Assembly (NCBI RefSeq): GCF_018977255.1
Contig: NW_024704743.1
Coordinates: 62,932,001 to 62,996,000 of the forward strand
Reading direction: 5' to 3'
From: Callorhinchus milii
Taxonomy: Eukaryota
DNA: 64,000 nt
In this document: piece after piece, positions 19,610 to 32,345 of the stretch
Position numbering within the stretch: the stretch's first letter is position 1
Layout: the number at the start of each line of letters is the position of its first letter
Made by a program: the position numbers and the translations under genes
Notes under the pieces: model-generated
Databases searched by the model: none
The model's input: the letters and a program-made list of their open reading frames with translations, nothing else
Told to the model about the DNA's origin: nothing

Positions 19610-22425
19610 AAATGGTAAGAAACTAAAATCGCTATATCTGAATGCACGAAGCATTCGGAATAAGATAGATGAATTAAAGGCACAGATAGATACAAACAGG
19701 TATGATCTAGTAGCCATTACTGAGACATGGTTACAGGGAGATCCAGGGTAGGAGTTAAATATTCCGTGGTTTTCAGCTTATAGGAAGGATAGACAATGTG
19801 GAAAACGAGGAGGAGGGTGTAGCCTTCTTAATAAAGGATGGAATAAAAACAGTAGAGAGGAAGGATTTCAAATCAGATAACCAGAATGTAGAGATGGTAT
19901 GGGTAGAATTACGAAATAATAAGGGGCAGAAAACATTAGTGGGATTAGTTTATAGACCCCCAAACAGTGATCACAGCATAGCGCAGGGTATTAATCAAGA
20001 AATTATAGGAGTATGTAGCAAAGGTAATACAGTAATAGTGGGTGATTTCAATCTTCACATAGATTGGGAAAACCAAATCGGCAAAAATAGAGTAGAGGAG
20101 GAGTTTATAGAATGTACGAGAGATAGCTTTCTGGAGCAGTATGCTGAGGAACCAACTAGGGGACAGGCCATCCTAGACCTTGTTTTGTGTAAAGAGTCAG
20201 TAATATAGATACTAAGGCTCCTCTAGGGCAGAGTGATCATAACATGATAGAATTTAATATTAAGTTAGAGAGTGATGTAGTCAAATCCGAAGCATGGGTC
20301 TTAAATTTAAATAAAGCTAAGTTTGCAGGTATGAGGGAAGAATTAGCTAAAATAGACTGGAGAACTGGATTAATGGATTGACAATAGACCAACAGTGGCA
20401 AACGTTTAAAGATATAGTGCAAAATTCTCAGCGGTCACATATTCCCTGAGGAATAAGAGTATCACAGGGAAAGCAGTTCATCCGGGGCTAACTAGAGCAG
20501 TTAGAGAAAGTATAAAACTAAAAGAAAAGGCCTATAAAACTGCCAAAAAAGTAGCAAACCTGAGAACTGGGAGTGTTTTAGGGACCAACAAAGGAAAACC
20601 GAAAAGCTCATTAAGAGTGAGAAAATGGATTATGAGGGCAAGCTAGCTAGGAACATTAAGACAGATTGTAAGAGTTTTTATAAATACATTAAGAGGAATA
20701 GGCTCGCAAATGTAAATGTGGGTCCATTACAGGCAGATACAGGAGGAATTATAATGGGGGATAAGGATATGGCAGAGTCCCTAAATGAATATTTTGCTTT
20801 TTTTTTCACGTTAGAAGACACAAGAAGTTTACCAGAAATAGAGATGAACCAAGGGGCTAATGATAGGAAGCAACTTAGTGAAATTTACATCAGCAAAGAA
20901 TTTGTGCTCGAGAAATTGTTGGCATTAAAAAGTGACAAGTCCCCTGGCCCTGATGGTTTGCATCTTAGGGTTTTAAAAGAGGTAGCTCATGAGATAGTGG
21001 AGGCCTTGTGTCTGATCTTCCAAAATTCTTTGGATTACGGAACGGTTCCCATTGATTGGAAGATCGCAAACGTCACACCACTATTTAAGAAGGGTGGGAG
21101 AGAAAAGATGGGGAACTATAGATCGGTTAGTCTGACATCAGTGGTAGGGAAAATTCTAGAAGACTTAATTAAGGATGTTGTAGTGGGATACTTAGAGGAT
21201 CACAATATGATTAGACAGAGTCAACATGGCTTTACAAAAGAGAAGTCATGCTTAACAAATCTTTTAGATTTTTTTGAGGACATATCAAGTAGATTAGATA
21301 GGGAGGAAGCAGTGGATGTAGTGTACTTAGATTTCCAAAAGGCATTCTATAAGGTGCTGCATAAAAGGTTGATTCACAAGACTAGGGCCCATGGATTTAA
21401 GGGGAATATATTAGCATGGGTTGAAGAATGTCTAACGGGAAGAAAACAAAGAGTAGAGATAAACGGGTCCTCCTCAGATTGAGAGGATGTGACTAGAGGA
21501 GTGCCACAAGGATCAGTGCTTGGGCTTCAACTATTTACTATCTACATCAACAATCTAGATGAGGACATCGAACTCAATATATCCAACTTCGCGGATGACA
21601 CAAAACTAGAAGGAAGAGTGAACACCGAGGATGACATTAAAAAAATGCAACGAGATATAGATAGGCTGGGTGAGTGGGCAAATAGGTGACAGATGAGATA
21701 TAATGTAGGGAAGTGTGAGGTCATCCACCTCGGTGGCAAAAACAGTAGAGCAGATTATTTTTTAGAAGTGGAGAGACTAGATAGTGTTAGCATTCAGAGG
21801 GACTTGGATGTCTTTGTACACTAGTCACAAAAAGTTAGTTTGCAGGTACAGCAAGCAATTAGGAAGGCTAACGGTATGTTGCCATTTGTTACAAAAGGGT
21901 TAGAATATAAGAGTAGGGAAGTCTTGCTGCAATTGTATAGGGCCCCGGTGAGACAGCACCTAGAGTATTGTGTGTAGTTTTGGTCTCCTTATTTAAGAAA
22001 GGATGTACTCGCCTTGGAGGGGGTACAACATAGATTCACTAGGTTGGTACCAGGGATGAGGGGGATGAGTTGTGAGGATAGGTTGAGCAATTTAGACCTA
22101 TATTCTCTAGAATATAGAAGAATGAGAGGTGATCTTATAGAAACTATAAGATTATTAAGGGGCACGCAGAATAGATAGTGGGAGACTTTTTCCCCTGTTT
22201 GTAGAAACTATAACCAGGGGTCACAGTCTTAAAATTAGGCGTAAGCCCTTTTGCACTGAGTTGAGGAAAAACTTCTTCACTTAGAGGTTAGTGAATTTAT
22301 GGAATTCTTTACCCCAAAGGGCTGTAGATGCTCAGTTATTGAACATATTCAAGACTGAGGTTGATAGATTTCTTGTGGATAAAGGGATTAAGGGATATGG
22401 GGATAAGGCGGGTAGGTGGAGTTAG
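19610..22425 (+). pseudogene. CR1 ORF2p (APE endonuclease plus reverse transcriptase), multiple stops and frameshifts
   Basis: [83 protein letters not shown]. Confidence 0.95.
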
Positions 22426-22825
22426 AATAGATCAGCCATGATCTTATTGAATGGTGGAGCAGGCTAGAGGAGCCGAATGGCCTACTCCTGCTCCTAATTC
22501 TTATTTTCTTATGTTCTATGTTTGTGACCCATGTGGGTTGGGTTGGGGCACATTAGATACAAGCTGAAAACAAGTGCCTATTGATTGAAAGAACATTCCA
22601 ACTTCAACTTCATACCACACTTGATTGTACATCCAGGAAATGTAGATATCTCCGTCTTAAATATGTGCTTACAGTGCTCCAACTATTACGTTTCTGACTG
22701 TATCATAAGGTCTCACTATGGTCATCACAAGATTACCTCAGAGAGGTTTGGATGAACAATGCCCTTTGGCCCATTTGATGTAAATTTCCAAAATACCAAT
22801 TTTACTGTCTTTCAATTGCAGTGTT

Positions 22826-23170
22826 AAGGTGTCAGTCTGGCTCAGTTGGTAAGACTCTTGCCTCTGAGTCAGGAGGTTGTGGTTTCAAGCCCCAAATTGG
22901 AACTTTCACACCAGTCCAGCGCTGCATTGTTGGAGGTACGTCCTGGGGATGTTAAATCAACTTCCCGTTTACCTGTTCGGGTGAACATTAAAGATCCAAT
23001 GACATGATACAAAAAGAGAAGGGAGTTTCTTCCAGTGTTGGGTGGGCGAGCTTTCAATCTTTCTGCTGTACTCTTTGGAACTACAAACTGGAGTTCCTCT
23101 GACTTGCTAGATGTTCTTCCATCTTGAAAGGCGCTATACTGCATCAAATAAAAGGATTATTATTATTTTT
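22826..23170 (+). mobile_element. Deu-domain SINE joined to an L2/SINE-like 3' end
   Basis: ggtgtcagtctggctcagttggtaagactcttgcctctgagtcaggaggttgtggtttcaag head; aagatccaatgaca; tail gaaaggcgctata..aaggattatt. Confidence 0.75.
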
Positions 23171-23194
23171 ATTCCCTGTAATATTCTATGTCCT

Positions 23195-23291
23195 GATCAT
23201 GCCGAGACTCGTGCGAATAGTCGGAGGCCACTTCTGGATGGCCCCATGGGCCGATTCCGTCCCACGGGTCACAGGTTGGCCGCCATCACTG
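23195..23291 (-). mobile_element. Terminal fragment of a hAT-Charlie-type non-autonomous DNA transposon
   Basis: Reverse reads cagtgatggcggccaacctgtgacccgtgggacggaatcggccc, like MER58-type termini; flanked by ttttagat, close to the NTCTAGAN Charlie target; other end not found. Confidence 0.45.
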
Positions 23292-23567
23292 TTTTAGATA
23301 GTTTGCGGGCGACTACCATATCTTCAATAAACAGGTGCAAAATCTGGCAGAAATTTAGGATGTACAAATTACATTTGCCATTTAAATTTACATAATTAGT
23401 GTTCAATATGGAAATGAAGGGCCCAGGAGTTCACACAGGTGAGCCTAGACTGCGGAGTCAAAAACACGATGTTTTTGCAACCTGGATTCACACCTTTTAA
23501 ATTCACATCAAAAATATTGAATCCTGACTGTAACCAGAAGTCTGTTTAGCTAGCCAACCAGCTCTGA

Positions 23568-24060
23568 CACAACAACAAGTTACATTTATGTAGCACCTTC
23601 ATGCTGGGTAGCAACTCGGTGCGCTTAACAATGGCGGAACTTGACGCCGAGCCAGGGAGAGACAGGAGCTGACTGTAGGCATGGGTGAAGAGGAAGGTCT
23701 TCAGAAGTGATCTGAAGATGGGGAAGAAGGAGGGATTGAGGTAGAGAGTTGCTTAATTTCAGGGGATCGTGGCTGAAAACACAGTCACCAATGGTGGAGT
23801 GGAGGGATGAGGAATGTGCAGGAGGCCAGAGCCAGCTGAGCGAAGGTGGCAGGTAATGGAATGGGCAGTGTAAGCAGGTCGGAGAGGTAGGGAGGTGCAA
23901 TGGTTTGAAATGATTTATACATGAGTGTGAGGATCTTGAAATTGATCTGTTCTGTAATAGGGAGTCATTGGAGCTTGGCAAGGATTAAGGTGATGGGGGC
24001 ACAGGGGGTACAGGGGGTACAGAGTTTGGTGTGGGTGAGGATATGGGGGAGCTGCAGAAT
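23568..24060 (-). mobile_element. Older L2 3' fragment
   Basis: (CAA)n tail, HSTIGDCVFSH; small acagggggt repeat near 24001-24022. Confidence 0.85.
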
Positions 24061-24239
24061 CTAAGTTTACTTTTTAAAGTACTTTACTTTTAATCCACAA
24101 TTTACTGTTAGTCTTGACAGAATGGAGTTGCTGCAGGTCTGCTTGATCCACAACTGGTTCCTGGGAAGATTCAATATTTACAAACCTAGGTTGCGAATAT
24201 TGCATTTTTGACCCTAGTGAGGTTAGAGTTCCTAGTGAC

Positions 24240-24405
24240 CCTAGGCTATTTGAACATGAATAAGCATTAGAGCTAAGCCGAATTCAGTCCTCACCCAAAC
24301 ACCACAATTACACATATACACATTCCAGGAGGGTCAATGTCCAGGAACACAAAGCTTCCCTAACTAGAAGGAGCTAAGGCCAAATGTAATATGTCCCTGG
24401 CTAAC
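24240..24405 (-). mobile_element. Ancient SINE family B fragment
   Basis: ggctatttga..agccgaattcagtcctcacccaa..ttccaggagggtca..aggccaaatgta. Confidence 0.5.
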
Positions 24406-24456
24406 CCCGCTAACCCTGCAAGCCAAAGCCCTAATGGGTAGTATGGTCCTGGCTAG

Positions 24457-24746
24457 ATAATAATAATAATAATCCTTGCATTTTCCCAAAGCGCTTCACA
24501 GAACACATTGTAAAGTGAATTGACTGTACATTTGTGGGCGAACGCGGCAGCCAATTGCGCACAGCAATGTCCCACAAACAGTCGTAGATTGAAAATGACC
24601 AATTTTATTATTGTTTTTGGTTTTGGAGGGATTATTATTAGGTGTGTGGAGTAAGGAAACTTGCCCAAGGTTTCGCCCTGTCTGGAATTGAACTCAGGTC
24701 TTTCACTTGCAAAGCGAGTGCTCTAACCACTGAGCTACAGGACTCC
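24457..24746 (-). mobile_element. tRNA-Ala-headed SINE, short subfamily, tail stem-loop deleted
   Basis: Near-identical to 17046/49284 copies; tail reads gaagcgctttgggaaaatgcaagg. Confidence 0.95.
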
Positions 24747-25859
24747 ACAGTAGCAGGAGCAGGAAGTAGCAGGAAGCTTGCCAGACAGAGCTTTCAAATG
24801 GGAAGCTCTGCAGTTTTAACTTGTTAAATCTAGCAATACCCCAATGCACATTCTGGAGTCCCTAAGCCATGGCGTTTGCCAACTTTCACCTAATATTTTC
24901 TGGAATTAGGTAAGGCATTTATATCCCTCAAGGGAGAGAGTCTATGTTGCATTCCATGCATAGATGGCAATGGTTTTCCATGTGTCAGACATCTGGCTGA
25001 TGAAAACAAAAGGCCTTGAACTGAGATCAGAGCACAGAATAGAGACCACTGTATAAATACAAGTTGTTGTTCTTCTCAGTCAGACAGTCAATCCACGGTT
25101 ATAACAATCTACACTACAATTTTTAATCCTTGTTGTATGTGTTCTGCGGAAGAAGGAGTATTTCTCTGTGTTTCCCTCTTTCAGGTGACCCAAATGAGAT
25201 GGGTAATCTCATCCCACAAGGTCAGTTAAGACTGGGATTTTAATCTGGGCGTAACTAATCGACAGTTTAGCTGCCAGCATAACAGTCATTCGAATACTCT
25301 TGATAGGCCAGTTTATGAGAACTAGATGAATTTACAGACACTTTTCACTTCAATGTTAACCAAATTAGCATCTCCCCTTGGATTAGTCAGTGTGAAGTTG
25401 ACGTTCTCCTTGGCTTGTAAACAGCACTGTCTCTCCTCATCCAGCACCATCTGTCATTTGGCAGGGTTTGTTGACAGATACTCAATACAGGTTGATGGAT
25501 ATACCTGTTGAGCGATATAATCTTTCTTTCTTCCCTGGTTGAACAAAGCATTTAGGTAATTCAATGGATCATAATATGGTCAAATAAAGAAAGTCTTTTA
25601 TAAATGTGTCCTACAGTCAAGAATTCCACTTTGGATTAATACTAGTTTATGAAATTGCCTTAAAGAGATGATTCTTCATCATGTTTGCAATAAATTGAAG
25701 TCCATTCACAAAGCTTTGATTGTAAAAGAGCAATGAAATGCCAGGATCAGAATTGCATTATTTCTTAACAGGTTTCACTAATAAAGAATCTCCATTACAA
25801 TTGCAGTCCATCAGCAAGAATTTTACTCTGAAATGAGATGGCTTTAAAATTTGATATAA

Positions 25860-26250
25860 TGCATTTGATATAATGCCTATAACATCCCAGTGCACAATCT
25901 GTAAAAATGACTGCATTTGTAGAGATGTAGAGAAACTAATTTGCACTTAGCAACGTTGCACCAACAGCCATAAAGTTAACAACCAATTTTATCTAGAGGT
26001 TTGTTGGCCAGGACATCAGGAAAGATTTCCTTCTCATTTTAAATAGCATTGGGTCATCTTTAACTTCCACCTAACAGAAAAATTAACCTCAGTTTAATAT
26101 CTCATCTGAAATACAGCATCTCTGAAAAATGTAGCCCTCCTCAGTACTGCATGCAGTGTCAACCAAGACAATGTGTTTGAAGCCTCGATGTGGGTCTTGA
26201 ACCTACAAACTTCTGATCCAGAGGTTAGAGTGCTGTCAACTAAGCCAGGC
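25860..26250 (-). mobile_element. Deu-domain SINE
   Basis: gttggccaggacatc, cctcagtactgc, cttgaacctacaaacttctga. Confidence 0.8.
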
Positions 26251-26785
26251 TCCGGATAAATTACCGTGGATTGAGATGGCTAGATATATTATTGGTTACT
26301 GGAAGGAGTCCCCACTGACTTGATTTAAATTCCTTATTAAGCAATTATGAGTATTCCATTAAAAAATACTTGAATTTAGACCCCACTTAACTGGAATAAA
26401 AGGATATTTCCAATTTTTATTACGCTTGTTGGATAATCAGAATCCTTTCAGGCAGCTTCATAATCATATGACTTAAGAGTTTGGATATTGCCTTTTAATC
26501 AATGCTTCCCACAGAGTACAGGTGAAGGGTCAACCTTCCAATTTTCTTAAAGTTCACTTTATTTTCTGTGGTGTTCTCTTTACACAGTATTGCTGTTGTG
26601 AACAGGCCCTTGTGTACCCCTGGGAATGAGCAAAGAGGTTCTGACAGACTTCTCTCCTGATAGTATTTTGGAGTTAATAGAAGACAAAGGGATTCAGAAA
26701 AAACATGGCAACCTAAGATAATTTAACCTCAAATCCAACAATTTTTATAAGAGTTTTATAATTTCATATCAATCATAATATTATT

Positions 26786-27013
26786 TTGTAGCTCAGTGGC
26801 AAGTTTCCTTACTCCACACACCTGATAATAATCCCTCAAGAAAAAAAATAATAATAAATTTGTCATTTCAATCCATGACAGTTTGTGGGACACTGCTGTG
26901 TGCAATTGACTGCTTCGTTTCGCCCACAAATATAGTCAATTCATTTTACAGTATATTCTTGTGAAGTGCTTTGAGATGTGAAAAAAGCTTTATCAAATGC
27001 AAGGATTATTATT
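26786..27013 (+). mobile_element. SINE, short subfamily, with a deletion in the head
   Basis: tgtagctcagtgg joined directly to caagtttccttactcc. Confidence 0.9.
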
Positions 27014-27182
27014 AATGTGATTGCAATTATTATCAGTTTCATAATTTTAAATGGAAAATGTTTGAATGTCACCTGGTTTTCAATGACAGTGTTTGAGCTA
27101 TACAAATGTAATTTGTTGTTGAGTATTTGATCCGTGAAATGGCATTCATCTCCCAGTTCTTAGGGTTCCTATTCTCACTGGA

Positions 27183-27985
27183 AAACAACAACAAAATTAC
27201 ATTTGTATTGTGCCTTTCACATCGGGAGGACGTCCCAAGGCGCTGGACAGACAGAGTTACTGCCCCGAGCTGAGGGTCGGGGTGGGGGAGGGGGAAGGGT
27301 GGGGAGAAGCAGGAAGATCGAAAGCATGGTTGAAGAGGAGGGTCTTGAGGTGGGTCTTGAAGGTGGCAAGGGAGGGGGCGAGACAGAGGGATAGCAGGAT
27401 GGAGTTCCATAGGGTGGGGGCAGAGTGGTGGAAGGCCCGCCCACCGATAGTGGGGCGAGCGAGGCGGGGGATGTGAAGCAGGCCGGAGCCCGCTGAGTGG
27501 AGGGAGTAAACAGGATGGTAGAGGGTTAGGAGGTGGCAGAGGTAGTGGGGAGCAAGATCTTGGAGGGCTTTGAAGGTGAGGACCAGGATCTTGAACTGTA
27601 TCCTCTGTGTGATGGGAAGCCAGTGGAGTTGGGCGAGGATGGGGTTGATAGGGTCACGGAGCCTAGTGAGGGAGAGGACATGGGCTGCAGAGTTCTGGAT
27701 GATCTGCAGCCTGAGGAGGGAGGAGTTGGGGAGGCCGACAAGCAATGAGTTGCATAGTTGAGCCTCAATGTAATGAAGGCACGTATGAGTGTTTCGACGG
27801 CCCGCGATGTGAGACAGTGTCAGAGCCGGGAGACGTTGTGGAGGTGGGAGAAGGCAGAGCAAGACAGGCTCAGATGTGGGGTAGAAAGGATAATTGAGGG
27901 TCAAACAAGACCCCAAGGTTCCGGACTGGCTTAGCAAGGTGGAGTGTACAACCATGGATGGTGATGCTGTCAGCGCCTGAGGTGT
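27183..27985 (-). mobile_element. Young L2 LINE, 5'-truncated
   Basis: RLQIIQNSAAHVL..LHWLPITQRIQFK..TIGGRAFHHSAPTLWNS..FKTHLKTLLF; (CAA)n tail. Confidence 0.95.
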
Positions 27986-28099
27986 GTACTATTGGAGGCT
28001 AGAGGAGAGGTAAGCAGGGTCTCCCTGGAGTTCAACTGGCTCTGAGAAGACATGCCTGGTGAGACCAGTAGTCCTGCAATGATCCAAGGTACCTCTGAT

Positions 28100-28250
28100 A
28101 AAAAAAATCCTTGCATTTGATATAGCATCTTATCACGTCATTGAGATATCAGAAAGCTCTTCACAGAATATACTGTAAAGTGCTTTGACTGTATATTTTT
28201 GTGGGCGAAACACAGCAGCCAATTTGCGCACAGAATAATTGACCAATTTG
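28100..28250 (-). mobile_element. SINE 3' fragment
   Basis: atccttgcatttgatatagc...gcagccaatttgcgcacag. Confidence 0.8.
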
Positions 28251-28359
28251 ACTGTTTCATTCATAAAGCTTTGAGGTGTAAGACATGTCCTCAGCCATGT
28301 GAGTCAGACTTAATGGGTATGGCCAGCTGTACAAATTCTATGGCTATCTGTATCTCTAG

Positions 28360-28576
<217 letters not shown>

Positions 28577-28679
28577 TACACACATATATATATATTGAGT
28601 CTCTCTAGTTCTCATCTTCCCTTCATGTTTCTTGCTACCCCTTTATGTCCCTCCACCAAAGTTAAGCAGTCAGCACAAA

Positions 28680-28915
28680 GACATACATCTGCACATTCAA
28701 CATACAGAAAGACATTGACACACCCACACACAGGTAGACAGACACACTTATACACACGACACATCAACACTTACAAACATAAAAAACCCACACAAACACA
28801 TCCACACACAGCCCCATAGCTAGACACAGACACACCACCACAAAGACACAGATAAAGATACTGACACAGCCATATACAGGTGCATGGAATAAGACACATT
28901 TACACACTCAACATA
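28680..28915. repeat. Degenerate (CA)/(CAGA)-rich low-complexity tract
   Basis: Repeated acacac/agacac units. Confidence 0.75.
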
Positions 28916-29029
28916 TATTGTACTGGTCTTGAGTATCCTTCCTGGTAATTTATCCCAACTATTAGTGATTTGCTGGGTCTAGAAATGTAATTGTCCTTCA
29001 CAACCCTGAACTTATGCTCCCTTAACCTC

Positions 29030-29405
29030 CTGCCATAGTGTATGTGAAAATATTATTTTGGACTTACTTTCTTCACTTTGGCTCAATATGATCTTCTCCT
29101 AGCCTTCTCCACTCGTCCCCTGCATTTGGCTAACTCAGGCTTCGCTCTGTGCCCCCTCCCCTCCAACAACCAGTGGTGGCCGAGCCTTCAACTACTAGGC
29201 CCCTAGCCTCTGGAACTCCTTTCCTCTATTCATTCATCTCGTCCCCTCTCACGTTTTAAATCCCATCTTAAAACCTACCACGTTGACTGCACCTCGACCA
29301 GTTCAACCTTCCTCTCTTTCTTGTTCGGCATCCTGCTCCTTCATTGTAAAGTGGTCTGAGAAGTTATCCTATGAGAAGTGCATTATATAAATGAGAGTTG
29401 TTGTA
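29030..29405 (+). mobile_element. Old L2 3' fragment
   Basis: ggtggccgagccttca..ctctggaactcc..tttaaatcccatcttaaaacc; tail tatataaatgagagttgttg. Confidence 0.7.
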
Positions 29406-30119
29406 CTGATGGCTGTGGAAGTAGCACTTGTATTGCCTATGTTGTGGCTGCCTCCAATTATACTGGGTCCTATTCCTTCTGGCCACACTAGCCTCTTGTA
29501 CCTGGGGGAGCAGCTGGCATTGTCAGGGATTAAGCTTGAACTGTAGAGTAAAAGCAGCAAAGATTCTGTTTCAGATAAAATCTGTGGATGAGTTTGACGA
29601 GGAGCTTGACTTGTTGACACACTGCCAGCAAGAGCAGCTTTTTCTTGGTACTAGATTTTAATGAGTAGTTTATTGACCCATTTTTGGATTAAACTAATTT
29701 AATTTAGCATTAAGACAAGAAACCTGTCAGATACACTGTTAACAGCAGATCTGACGCTCCTGAAGTTTTTGTGTAACATGGAATACCAATCCCTTTGTGA
29801 CAGATTATGTGGGTTACACATCTTCTAGTTTCAGTTGAGCAAAGGAGATGGAAGAATCCAAACCCTCCTGGTAGGCAGAATCATCTTACAAAGCAAATTG
29901 ACATAAAGTGCTCCCAGCAATCTGAGTTACCCAATAATATCACTATGACTATGTCCTAAAAGACGTGACTATCACAATAAAAATCATGAATTTTCCTGTA
30001 TCTCTCACTGCAGGCGAGATTACTGAAAGAGTCTGTAAATCTGTACCTGTAGTGCTGGAGAGGGAGAAGTCGAAGGAAGCGAGGGTTTTGTATTACAGAA
30101 AAGTATTCTTCAGGCTATT

Positions 30120-30230
30120 ATTTTCACCCCCGAAATATACACTTTACAGTATATTCCTTGAAGCGCTTTGACATGTCTCAAAGACGTGATAAGGCACTAT
30201 ATCAAATGCAAGGATTATTATTATTATTAT
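30120..30230 (+). mobile_element. SINE 3' tail fragment
   Basis: tttacagtatattc..gacgtgataaggcactatatcaaatgcaagga(tta)n. Confidence 0.85.
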
Positions 30231-30329
30231 TCACTGAGTGTAATTATTTTTCCACAGGATTGATTTTTCACGTGTGTGCATTCTCTTGTATTCCTTCTCC
30301 CCCAACCACCACCCTGTTTGTTCTGATTA

Positions 30330-30875
30330 CTCTCGCGTTGCTCATATCTCCCACCCTTTCATACCACCGTTGGGGGATGAAATTTTGTACTTCGACCCCA
30401 ATGTATGGATCTCACTTTCAAACTCCCTCTGCCTCGCTCCTCACGCCTATGATAACAACAAGCAAATGGGGAGGTGAGAGAATGCTTTCACGCAGAGTGG
30501 TTAGGATATGGAATGCTCTGCCAGGAGCAGTGGTTGAGGCAGAATTTAAATTAGGTTTCAAAAGGGAACTAGATAAATACCTAAAAAGGATAGAACTACA
30601 GAGGTATGGGGAAAGAGCAGGTAAATGTGATGGAAAGTATTGCTCTTAAAAGAGCCAGCACAGATACAATGATCTGAATAAATACATTTCTATGATGCTA
30701 TAATTTCTATGGTTCTCGCTCAGCTTTCAAAACTAACCTAAAAACGCATCTCTTCACCTGTGACTTGGACTACCTTCTCTCTACTCTCCTCCTATCTTGG
30801 AGGAGAGTAGAGAGAAGACTTTGTAAATTGCTTTGAGACATTCTCCTATATGAATGGTACTTTATTGTTGTATGA
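30330..30875 (+). mobile_element. Old L2 3' end split by a CR1 3' end (about 30465-30714)
   Basis: L2 tccctctgcctcgctcc resumes at ctcagctttcaaaactaacctaaaaacgcatctcttc after CR1 RVVRIWNALP..FKRELDKYL. Confidence 0.75.
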
Positions 30876-30944
30876 AAACACAAGATATAATTCCTAGGGT
30901 TAAGATTTAATGGTCGGAGTCACCACTCAGTATGCTGGAATGAA

Positions 30945-31150
30945 ATATAATAATAATCCTTGCATTTGACAAGCACTTCGTTGAAATGTTTCAAAGCTCT
31001 TCATAGGATTTACTGTAGAGTGTTGTGACTATTTCTAGGGCAACAGGGCAGCCAATTTGTGCACCGGAATGTCTCACAAACAGCCACAAAGTGAGTGACC
31101 AATTTTATCTGAGGGATTGCTGGTCAGGACACTGGAAGAAACTCCCTTCT
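30945..31150 (-). mobile_element. Deu-type SINE 3' part
   Basis: aataatccttgcatttga..gcagccaatttgtgcac..ggtcaggacac. Confidence 0.75.
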
Positions 31151-31179
31151 AATTCCCAAATAAAGAAGTGCTTAATTTC

Positions 31180-31480
31180 CCTGATGGCCTAGTGTGTAAA
31201 AGCCCTGCAAAATACAACATAGGCCATATAGACTGCAAGATTGCTAGTTCAATTCCTGTCTGTGCTGATTTATCTGCTCTCAGCTAGGGCAGCAATTGCT
31301 GATGCTAAAATTGGCCTCAAGGCTCCTGGGTTAAAGCGGGGGAAATTAGACAGGGTTTCCACTCCTGATCACCTTCAAGGGACCCCTACTAAAAGGTGCA
31401 TGAGTAAGAATAGTAGAGGTGAGGAAATGATCATGGCTGGCTTCAATGCCCCCCCTTCTCCCATAGTTAAATATCTTGCC
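31180..31480 (+). mobile_element. Ancient SINE family B, best-preserved copy
   Basis: A-box-like tggcctagtgtg, B-box-like gttcaattcc, then tctgtgctga..ctcagctagggcagc..attggcctca..cagggtttccactcctgatc. Confidence 0.6.
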
Positions 31481-31504
31481 AGCATTCCATGAATGAATAA
31501 TGGT

Positions 31505-31625
31505 TTGTCCACAAAATACACAGTTACTCCACTTGCCAATATATTCTGTGAAACGCTTTGAGATGTCTCAATGCTATGATAAGGCACTGTATCAAATGCA
31601 AGTATTATTATTATATTATTATTCT
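31505..31625 (+). mobile_element. SINE 3' tail fragment
   Basis: tatattctgtgaaacgctttgagatgtctc..atcaaatgcaagtattatt. Confidence 0.8.
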
Positions 31626-32095
31626 TATTCTGGCGAGCTATCCCAATAGAAAGGAAAATTGAGTCAGATACATTAGGGCAGGAGAAGGAGAGAAGAGAAA
31701 GTTAGAGGGGGAAAAAAAGGGGAACCATCCAGATTTGTCATGTAATTATAAATGTTTTACAAGGAGACATCAGGATATGTATATATGTCTTATTTCTGCC
31801 TTCTTTGACTGTAAACTCCAAATCAGGAGCAATGTGGGAAAAAAGATTTTGTCAGGATTTGTTCTGTTGTAGCATCCCCTGTAATAAGTTCAGGAATGGG
31901 CTGTGCTGCCTTTGGCTCATTGTTTGTATTCAAGATGTTGCTGGAGTACATGTTCACAATATCACCACCAAAACTATTTCACACAAAATATTGCCTCAAA
32001 GCAGAAGTAAACTAAAAAAAGAGATACAAGCTCTTACACGTAATTGTACAGGCAGCTTCTTTATTGGGGTATTTTCCTCGACCCTTCCTGCATAC

Positions 32096-32345
32096 CAACA
32101 ACAATAACAAAATTACATTTGTATAGCACCTTTCACGTCAGGAGGACGTCCTAAGGCGCTGCTCAGTCAGAGTTTCGGACCTGAGCTGGGGGTTGGGATT
32201 GGGGAGGATGGAAGGCAAGGGGGAAACAGGGTGATCGAAAGCACGGTTGAAGAGGAGGGTCTTGAGTTGGGTCTTGAAGGAGGCAAGGAAGGGGGCAAGG
32301 TGGAGGGACTGCGGATGGAGTTCCACAGGGTGGAGGCAGAGTGTG
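32096..32345 (-). mobile_element. Young L2 3' end
   Basis: FKTQLKTLLFNRAF; caaaattacatttgtatagcacctttcacgtcaggaggacgtcc. Confidence 0.9.

Larger units (their letters stand above)
18890..22522 (+). mobile_element. Long CR1 LINE, truncated within ORF1, non-functional
   Basis: Colinear ORF1 esterase, APE endonuclease, RT, 3'UTR gccgaatggcctactcctgctcct and (ttcttatg)n-type tail. Confidence 0.97.

Noticed and set aside
20625..21482. 285-aa reverse transcriptase ORF as a functional gene or retron-like system
   Set aside because: Fragment of a CR1 ORF2 with stops and frameshifts on both sides
29575..29650. Exon-like segment IKSVDEFDEELDLL
   Set aside because: Weak donor, and it resembles the decayed CR1 SVDSFK..LD motif
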